A DNA stretch of 33,301 nt, taken from NCBI GenBank assembly GCA_026985755.1, contig JALSPX010000191.1, positions 1-33,301 on the forward strand, written 5' to 3'. The DNA comes from Sulfurovum sp. (GTDB lineage: Bacteria > Campylobacterota > Campylobacteria > Campylobacterales > Sulfurovaceae). The notes under the pieces are model-generated. The model saw only the letters and a list, made by a program, of their open reading frames with translations. It did not search any database and had not been told where the DNA came from. The position numbers and the translations under genes were made by a program. This document shows positions 28,101 to 33,301 of the stretch, piece by piece; within the stretch, counting starts at the first letter, position 1; every line of letters starts with the position of its first letter.

Positions 28101-28233
28101 GATACAACGCCCCCTTGCGATTGTCGTCATCAATGGGCTGGTGAGTTCCACCATCCTAACGCTGATTATTTTACCTATTCTATATATGCGTTTCTCAAAA
28201 AAGAGTCATTCTTTAGAATCTAAGAAAATTTAG
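25150..28233 (+). CDS. czcA: Heavy-metal efflux RND permease, CzcA/CusA family
   Basis: LPVDAFPDIS, DIYWARQQV.ERL, ANLMSLGGLAIAIG, EGLEGKLFKP, RLRPVLMTA, GSEIQRPLA. ATG 25150 overlaps the MFP stop. Metal specificity is not established. Confidence 0.9.
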   Translation: MNKIIGFALAQRLFFSLLAVVILGLGIKTYNELPVDAFPDISPTQVKIIMKSNGMTPAEVESGITVPIETKMVGIPYETMMRSTTKYGLVDITIDFEDGTDIYWARQQVGERLAEIQGELPENITGGLAPISTPLSDILMFTIESDTLTLEAKRTLLDWIISPKIRAISGVAEVNALGGKVKTYEVVPNLNQMRAKGITLDQLFEALEKNNKNDGAGRVSQGVESILVRSVGRLKNIHDIQTLPIRKIGDHIITLGDVATVHFGYLTRAGFVSKNGEGEAVQGLVLGLKGINTAIVLDKVKKELSALEKMLPHGTKIDIFYDRSELVNLATDTVKSALYEAIVLIMVILLLMLGNLASAVSVALILPFALLMSFMAMQYFGLTANLMSLGGLAIAIGILVDSAVVVVEHITAELGNPKRQRHSKLHIIYEATVEMAPSIITGVLIIIIVFLPILTLEGLEGKLFKPVALSIIFALFSSLVLALTLIPVLSSFILTKRPDPESFVVRYLTKGYRPILVWSLDHAKIVILFVLMLFGGSLYLADKTGKSFMPTMDEGSIIIGVEMLPSISLKESLALNLKIQKKLIASVPEIENIIARTGSDELGLDPMGLNDTDTFLVLKPKEEWREPSKEFIINEIRKVLDEFVGIEYGFTQPIEMRVSEMLTGVRGDLAIAIFGSDNAVLESIAVEIKDLLEKIPGSADVYKKANEGVEYFELEFDKKAMAYYEITQEELNNFLKVMVTGLDIGVIQEGMRRIPLVVKGDDALQNSLDRIKKLYYPVADGKSIPLSNFVKFVSNAGPVQIEHEHGYRKTIVQSNVEGRDLVSFVEEAQRKIENEIKLPAGYYVEYGGEFKNQQRAAKRLAIIVPLALFLVFILLFVSFKSLRQALMVLINVPLALIGGFIGLYFSGEYMSVPASVGFIALLGIAVLNGVVLVNYFNYLIQNGSTLKDAVIEGSVKRLRPVLMTAIIAAFGLLPLLFATGPGSEIQRPLAIVVINGLVSSTILTLIILPILYMRFSKKSHSLESKKI

Positions 28234-29260
28234 CAAGTACCTTTTGTAGTGCCTCTTTGGCACTATGTAAAAAGAGTGTACTTTTTCCAGAGAGTTTGCC
28301 CTCTTCAGACATTGGTGTGGAGATAAAACGTGTAATATTCTCTATGAGATTTTGTGTATCTTTCATCTCTGCTAAAGATTGGTTATGATATTCAGTACTG
28401 TTCTCTTTTTGACCTTCAAAGTGCAATATTCTTTTGAGTTTTCCTGCTTGTTCGTTGAGCACAATCTCATAGTCTTTTAAGACTTTGATAGCATCAGAGA
28501 TATGTGCATCCACTTTATCCATCTCCTCTTTACAACTTGCTTTTTTACTAATATACTCATGTGTCTCTTCTATCTGTTTTTGTGCAAAACGAAGATTAGA
28601 GCCTCCTTTTAATCCCACACGTATCCAATAAATGATTGCCATCACAGCAAGTACTGCCGCTCCCACCATAAGTCCACCATTGATAGCATCATCAGGACGA
28701 CCTATTTGTGTACCAAACCAACCCAGTATCTTTTCTATAGTTTCAGCGCTTGGTACTTTGCTCATATCTAATGTTAACCCTAATTTCTCGGTAGCTAAAT
28801 AGATCAATCCCCCCAGTGTTGCAGCACCACCTAGAAGAGAAAGAATAAGTCCCGTAAACCTTCCAGAATGTACATCTTTTAATGTAATAGGTGCAACATC
28901 GTCCTTGGCATCAAACAACACAAAATCCTCATCCTCATCTATGCTCTCTATCGTATGTCCAAGTGTTTCTATCAATGCTTGTGCCGCATCCAAGCCACCT
29001 GACTTGAGTGCTTGTTTTGCAATATCAAACTCTTTTAAATCATCTGCTAACAAGAGCTTACAATCTTGGATTTCATTCTCACTAGCATCTACAAGTGCTT
29101 TGGCTTCTTCTACCAATTGTTTTGCGATACTATGTTTTTTCATCTTTTTTACAGGTTTAACTGACTCTTTTTTCTCCTCTGTGTCTAAGTTTTCCTCTAC
29201 TTCTTCAAGTTCCTCTTCTACTATTTCTTTATCTATTTCCATATTTTTATCTTCATGCAT
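28220..29260 (-). CDS. Hypothetical membrane protein (acidic N-terminus, two TM segments, coiled coils)
   Basis: 346-aa ORF with GGAG RBS; hydrophobic GLILSLLGGAATLGGLIYLA and GGLMVGAAVLAVMAIIYWI; 14-bp convergent overlap with czcA. Confidence 0.75.
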   Translation of the reverse strand: MHEDKNMEIDKEIVEEELEEVEENLDTEEKKESVKPVKKMKKHSIAKQLVEEAKALVDASENEIQDCKLLLADDLKEFDIAKQALKSGGLDAAQALIETLGHTIESIDEDEDFVLFDAKDDVAPITLKDVHSGRFTGLILSLLGGAATLGGLIYLATEKLGLTLDMSKVPSAETIEKILGWFGTQIGRPDDAINGGLMVGAAVLAVMAIIYWIRVGLKGGSNLRFAQKQIEETHEYISKKASCKEEMDKVDAHISDAIKVLKDYEIVLNEQAGKLKRILHFEGQKENSTEYHNQSLAEMKDTQNLIENITRFISTPMSEEGKLSGKSTLFLHSAKEALQKVLAKFS

Positions 29261-29354
29261 ACTTCAACTCCATAAAATAATATTCTATATTTTATATTCT
29301 AGCTAAATTTTTGTATAAATATTTAATTTATCTTCATTCTTTACTACACTTAGC

Positions 29355-29360
29355 TATAAT
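29355..29360 (+). promoter_or_regulatory. Putative sigma70 -10 box for rseP-yggS
   Basis: gcTATAAT 25 nt upstream of the rseP ATG, followed by an AGGA RBS. Confidence 0.6.
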
Positions 29361-29384
29361 CACATAAAATTATTTAGGATTTTC

Positions 29385-30467
29385 ATGAGCATCATAGTCG
29401 CACTTTTGGTTTTATCGGTACTTATCTTTTTTCATGAACTTGGGCATTTTACTGCGGCACGTTTTTTTGGTGTACAGGTAGATGTGTTTAGCATCGGTTT
29501 TGGTAAACGTCTTTGGACAAAAAAAATAGGAAAAACAGAGTGGAGTATTTCTGCCATTCCTCTAGGTGGCTATGTTAAGATGAAAGGGCAGGATGACGCT
29601 GACCCTACAAAAATCTCTTATGATAATGACTCTTACAATGTTAAAAAGCCTTGGCAACGTATCATCATACTGCTTGCTGGTCCTTTTGCTAATTTTTTGA
29701 TGGCGTTTTTACTTTACTTTTCTGTTTCACAAATAGGTACATACCCACATCCTCTCTTTAATTTTAGCAAATATTTACCTGCAACCATAGGTGCTTTTTC
29801 TAAAGATTCTCAAGCAAAAGACATTGGTATGGAAATCAATGATACTATAGTTAAAATCAACAATAATAAAATTGCAAACTGGGATGATATAAGTAAAATA
29901 TCACAACATACAAGCTATCCGCTACAAATTTCTGTGTTAAGAGACAAACAAATATTGACTTATACTTTACAGCCAAAAGAAAAAATAATCAAAAATAAAT
30001 TTGGGGAAGATGTAAAACGTATGCTTATTGGTATCAGTCCACAAGTACCAAAGGAAACATTATCATTTTCTTTTTCAGAAGGTATCGTTTATGCTTGGAA
30101 CGAAACTCTTTATGCCTCAAAACTTATCTTCACAAGTATAGAAAAATTATTAACTGGTGCAGTAGGAATAGATAAAGTAGGAGGGGTTGTGACGATTATA
30201 GATATTACCTCACAAGCAAGTCATGCTGGTATTGTCATATTATTTTTATTTACCGCACTCATCTCTGTAAACTTAGGTGTCTTAAACCTACTGCCTATCC
30301 CAGCACTTGATGGAGGGCATATCATGTTCAACCTCTACGAGATGATCACAGGTAAAAGTGCCTCAGAAAAGGTCATGATGTACATCACTATGGTGGGATG
30401 GGCGTTGCTTATTGCACTTATGATGTTAGGATTGTATAATGATATTAACAGATTAATGGAGAAATAA
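29385..30467 (+). CDS. rseP: RIP metalloprotease RseP (M50)
   Basis: HELGH, FSIGFG, AIPLGGYVKM, AGPFAN, one PDZ domain, NLLPIPALDGG. Confidence 0.96.
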   Translation: MSIIVALLVLSVLIFFHELGHFTAARFFGVQVDVFSIGFGKRLWTKKIGKTEWSISAIPLGGYVKMKGQDDADPTKISYDNDSYNVKKPWQRIIILLAGPFANFLMAFLLYFSVSQIGTYPHPLFNFSKYLPATIGAFSKDSQAKDIGMEINDTIVKINNNKIANWDDISKISQHTSYPLQISVLRDKQILTYTLQPKEKIIKNKFGEDVKRMLIGISPQVPKETLSFSFSEGIVYAWNETLYASKLIFTSIEKLLTGAVGIDKVGGVVTIIDITSQASHAGIVILFLFTALISVNLGVLNLLPIPALDGGHIMFNLYEMITGKSASEKVMMYITMVGWALLIALMMLGLYNDINRLMEK

Positions 30468-31154
30468 ATGAGCATACTAGATAAAGAACAACTAAGAGCA
30501 AATCTCGATGAAGTCATTTGGAACATTGAAGAGGCACGTATATCAGTAAGTGAACACCACATTGTAAAACTTGTTACCGTTTCCAAATATACAGAGCTAG
30601 AAAACATCTCAACACTGTATGCGCTAGGACAACGTGCTTTTGGAGAGAACCAAGTACAGCAACTCAAAGAGCGTATGACTGCACTAGAGGAGCTACCACT
30701 CGAATGGCACATGATAGGCTCACTTCAAAAAAACAAAATCAATAACCTCATAGACCTTCGCCCTACCCTTATGCAATCGCTCGATTCCCTAGACCTTGCC
30801 CAAGAACTTAACAAAAAACTAGCAGCCAAAGAGACAAAAATGTCTTGTCTTTTACAGATTAATGCAGCAAATGAAGAGAGTAAATCAGGCTTTGGTGTAG
30901 AAGAAGCGTATGACATGTATCAGACCATCAAAGAGAGCTGCCCTCACATTCAACTTAATGGTGTCATGACCATAGGCGCACACACAGATGATACAAAGCT
31001 GATACAACAAAGTTTTGAGACTACCCATAACATCTATGAAAAACTCCAAAAAGAAGGAGCAAAGTACTGCTCTATGGGTATGAGTAATGATTATACATTG
31101 GCTATAAAATGTGGGTCGAATTTAATTCGCGTAGGTTCTGCATTATTTAAATAG
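30468..31154 (+). CDS. yggS: YggS-family PLP homeostasis protein
   Basis: LVTVSKY, FGENQVQ, WHMIGSLQKNK, SMGMSNDY..AI..GSNLIRVGSALF. Confidence 0.95.
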   Translation: MSILDKEQLRANLDEVIWNIEEARISVSEHHIVKLVTVSKYTELENISTLYALGQRAFGENQVQQLKERMTALEELPLEWHMIGSLQKNKINNLIDLRPTLMQSLDSLDLAQELNKKLAAKETKMSCLLQINAANEESKSGFGVEEAYDMYQTIKESCPHIQLNGVMTIGAHTDDTKLIQQSFETTHNIYEKLQKEGAKYCSMGMSNDYTLAIKCGSNLIRVGSALFK

Positions 31155-31173
31155 TAGGAGCAAGGAGACCAAC

Positions 31174-31274
31174 CTCGTTCCCACGTTGTACGTGGGAATG
31201 CATACTACACCTCAATCCAAATGAAAAACAATCCTCATTTACATATGCATTCCGACGCTAAGCATCGGAACGAG
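31174..31274. repeat. Inverted pair of 32-bp REP-like palindromes
   Basis: CTCGTTCCCACGTTGTACGTGGGAATGCATAC (31174-31205) and, on the minus strand, CTCGTTCCGATGCTTAGCGTCGGAATGCATAT (31243-31274). Confidence 0.85.
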
Positions 31275-31293
31275 AAAAAATGAACAAAGAAGC

Positions 31294-31716
31294 TTACGAT
31301 GCCACTTCCATCTGACATTTTTCACACACACCATACAAATTAATCTGCTGTTTTTCCAACTTAAAATGCTCATTGTTTGTAAGCGTATGCAATAAGGTAT
31401 CAGTTTCTTGCATACGTGGTTTATCTTCCACGTCCCCACACTCAGTACAGACAAGATGTATATGATCATCTTTCACCAACTCATATTTAGGCTTTTTTCC
31501 TGTGATAGGCACTTCAACCAACACACCTTTTTCAACCATCAAAATAATATTTTTATATACCGTAGCAAGAGAAAGAGATGGATGTGTTTTTAGCACTTCT
31601 TCATAAATAGCATCAATAGACATATGTCCATAGTTTTCTATACTCTCTAGTATATTCATACGTTGAAATGTTGCTTTTAAGTCATTTGCTTTAAGTAGTG
31701 TTGCATAATCTCTCAT
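31294..31716 (-). CDS. perR: Fur-family regulator, PerR-like
   Basis: LKATFQR, PSLSLATVYKN, HIHLVCTECGDVED, C-terminal CEKC; lies directly behind ahpC. Start ATG 31716 after AAGGA (track start 31791 is inside a hairpin). Confidence 0.8.
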   Translation of the reverse strand: MRDYATLLKANDLKATFQRMNILESIENYGHMSIDAIYEEVLKTHPSLSLATVYKNIILMVEKGVLVEVPITGKKPKYELVKDDHIHLVCTECGDVEDKPRMQETDTLLHTLTNNEHFKLEKQQINLYGVCEKCQMEVAS

Positions 31717-31740
31717 CTGTGATATTCCTTTCGTCATTAA

Positions 31741-31816
31741 AGACCATGCGATAGCCCCATAGACTTGCTTAAAGGGAGGGGGAGGAAACAAGTCTTATGG
31801 AGCTAACGCATGATCT
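31741..31816 (-). ncRNA. Candidate structured RNA with C-rich loop in ahpC-perR intergenic region
   Basis: ~30-bp stem on the minus strand with 3 G-U wobbles, one U-U mismatch and one bulge, closing the loop CCUCCCCCUCCCUUU. Confidence 0.55.
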
Positions 31817-31818
31817 CA

Positions 31819-31843
31819 TATTTCCAGCAAAAAGCTGGAAATA
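31819..31843 (-). terminator. Hairpin just downstream of ahpC stop
   Basis: TATTTCCAGC-AAAAA-GCTGGAAATA: perfect 10-bp stem; no clear U-tract. Confidence 0.55.
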
Positions 31844-31850
31844 GTTTCAA

Positions 31851-32447
31851 TTAAAGCTCTTGGGCGTGTTTACCAAGGTATTCAGCAACACCTTCAGTGT
31901 CAGCTTTCATTCCTTCGTCACCTTTTTGCCAACCGGCAGGACATACTTCACCATGCTCGTTCGTAAATAGCATAGTATCTACCATTCTAATCATTTCGTC
32001 AATGTTTCTTCCTAATGGAAGGTCATTAATCACTGCATGTCTGATAGTCCCATCAGCATCAATAAGGAAAGACCCTCTAAGTGCTACAGCATCATCAAGA
32101 AGCACATCATAGTCTCTAGCAATTTGCTTAGAAAGGTCAGCAACGAGAGGCATATCTACTCTACCGATACCACCTTTTTCTACTGGTGTTTCTCTCCATG
32201 CGAAGTGTGAAAATTGGCTATCTACCGATACACCAATAATATTGATACCTCTTTCTCTAAAATCTTTTGCTCTGTGAGAAAATGCGATGATTTCTGACGG
32301 ACATACAAAAGTAAAATCAAGTGGATAGAAGAAAAGCACTGCACCCTTTTCACCTAGGTTATCCATAAGATTAAAATCCTCAACAATCTGACCGTCTGCA
32401 AGTACAGCTGTCGCTGTAAAATCTGGAGCTTTTTTAGTTACTAACAT
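31851..32447 (-). CDS. ahpC: 2-Cys peroxiredoxin AhpC (TsaA)
   Basis: FFYPLDFTFVCPSE (peroxidatic Cys), SVDSQFSH, GRNIDE, GEVCPAGW (resolving Cys). Confidence 0.97.
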   Translation of the reverse strand: MLVTKKAPDFTATAVLADGQIVEDFNLMDNLGEKGAVLFFYPLDFTFVCPSEIIAFSHRAKDFRERGINIIGVSVDSQFSHFAWRETPVEKGGIGRVDMPLVADLSKQIARDYDVLLDDAVALRGSFLIDADGTIRHAVINDLPLGRNIDEMIRMVDTMLFTNEHGEVCPAGWQKGDEGMKADTEGVAEYLGKHAQEL

Positions 32448-32536
32448 ATTTGATTCCTTTTAAACAATAATTTTTATTTACAAAGGAATATTATCACAAT
32501 AATATTAAAAGGAAATAAAATATATAAATTTATATC

Positions 32537-33238
32537 TTATTTCTTTGGTGGCATCTTCAAATGTAAATCTTTAGTCGCCTCTCTCATCTCAGCCATAAAT
32601 TTCGCTCCAGGGTCAGCTTTGGTCGTTCTGTAGCCTTTGTCTTTTTCTAGCCATAAAGAAGTGCTCTCCATCTGTTTGTATTCATGGTGCCCTATGAGGT
32701 ACTGTATACTTGGGTATTTCGCTTTTAAGTATCTGATGAGCTTGATATTTGATGCACGTTGTGCATGAGTGAGGTCATCTTTTTTGTTGCCCTCACCTCC
32801 TACGTTTTCTACGCCTATACTAGAATAATTTAACCCTATCACATGGCGTGCCATCCAATTTTCTGGCATCAAACGGTAGATAGTCCCATCACGTGCTACC
32901 AAAAACTGTGCAGAGACATTGAGTAGGGATGCTTTGGCAATATCTTTTCTATCGGTAAAGAGTTTTTGGGGTTGTAAGCGTTTGAATGACTTATCGAAGC
33001 TCATATCCGCAGTCCAGTGCAATACTATAATCTTTGGAGTGATTTTAATATTTTTTACTATCATACCATAGTGCTGTTTGATATACTGCTTTGTCATGGC
33101 GATGCGCTCTGCACCAAAATTGATGGGTTTGTCGATTATTTGTATGGGATAAATGGTGATAGTTCTTTGAGGTAACGCTTCTGTTGCACATGCTATAAGT
33201 GAAAATAGCATCAAAAAAAATAAAAAAAATCTTCTCAT
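32537..33238 (-). CDS. N-acetylmuramoyl-L-alanine amidase (Amidase_2/PGRP-like), probable lipoprotein
   Basis: IVLHWTA, SAQFLVARDGTIY, ARHVIGLN.SSIGVENVG, LIGHHE, KADPG; lipobox LIA|C. Confidence 0.88.
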   Translation of the reverse strand: MRRFFLFFLMLFSLIACATEALPQRTITIYPIQIIDKPINFGAERIAMTKQYIKQHYGMIVKNIKITPKIIVLHWTADMSFDKSFKRLQPQKLFTDRKDIAKASLLNVSAQFLVARDGTIYRLMPENWMARHVIGLNYSSIGVENVGGEGNKKDDLTHAQRASNIKLIRYLKAKYPSIQYLIGHHEYKQMESTSLWLEKDKGYRTTKADPGAKFMAEMREATKDLHLKMPPKK

Positions 33239-33301
33239 ATGATATGTCCTAAAAAATGTATAAACTTATTTTACCTAATCTTAGGTTTGTTTTTGATGTA
33301 T

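Noticed and set aside
15290-29380. Prophage or ICE
   Set aside because: No integrase, phage structural, relaxase or conjugation genes.
9379-31274. Short repeats as a CRISPR array
   Set aside because: No series of identical repeats with unique spacers and no cas genes; the repeats are tandem heptamers or isolated palindromes.
31717-31791. MFPPPPF... N-terminal extension of the Fur-family ORF
   Set aside because: The poly-Pro is just translation of the C-rich hairpin loop; the RBS and homology start at 31716.
269-32112. Many short ORFs in the track that overlap assigned genes (e.g. 1682-2119, 2367-2873, 11120-11695, 13613-14014, 24317-24802, 28905-29306)
   Set aside because: Antisense or alternate-frame shadows of well-supported genes, with no motifs or RBS.

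Overview
AT-rich chromosomal window from a Campylobacterota bacterium. The gene content, TATAAT-type promoters and 'AGG(D/N)xxPxE' outer-membrane proteins suggest a Sulfurovum-like organism (inference). The backbone is the conserved housekeeping run ruvA, murJ, cysS, msbA, pyrD, M16 peptidase, dapA, enoyl-ACP-reductase-like SDR, pgsA ... rseP, yggS, followed by perR, ahpC and an amidase on the minus strand. Between pgsA and rseP lies a ~14 kb metal-homeostasis block. It holds a porin, a Fur-boxed feoB-feoA-OprD porin unit, and a ~1.9 kb decayed patch (LamG lipoprotein, frameshifted ATPase stub, 164-bp duplicate of the porin 3' end, probable IS/toxin stub, orphan antitoxin). It continues with a heavy-metal RND czcCBA-type operon led by a His/Cys-rich small ORF ending in KPPIA and a PepSY-like ORF. 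The best non-coding signals are a 76-nt hairpin with a C-rich anti-SD-like loop between ahpC and perR (RepG/CJnc190-like sRNA candidate), a structured ~110-bp element flanked by 8-bp direct repeats before pyrD, two REP-like families and a 7-bp tandem repeat. No tRNA, rRNA, CRISPR array or intact transposase/integrase was seen. All family calls come from motif recognition by eye; no searches were run.
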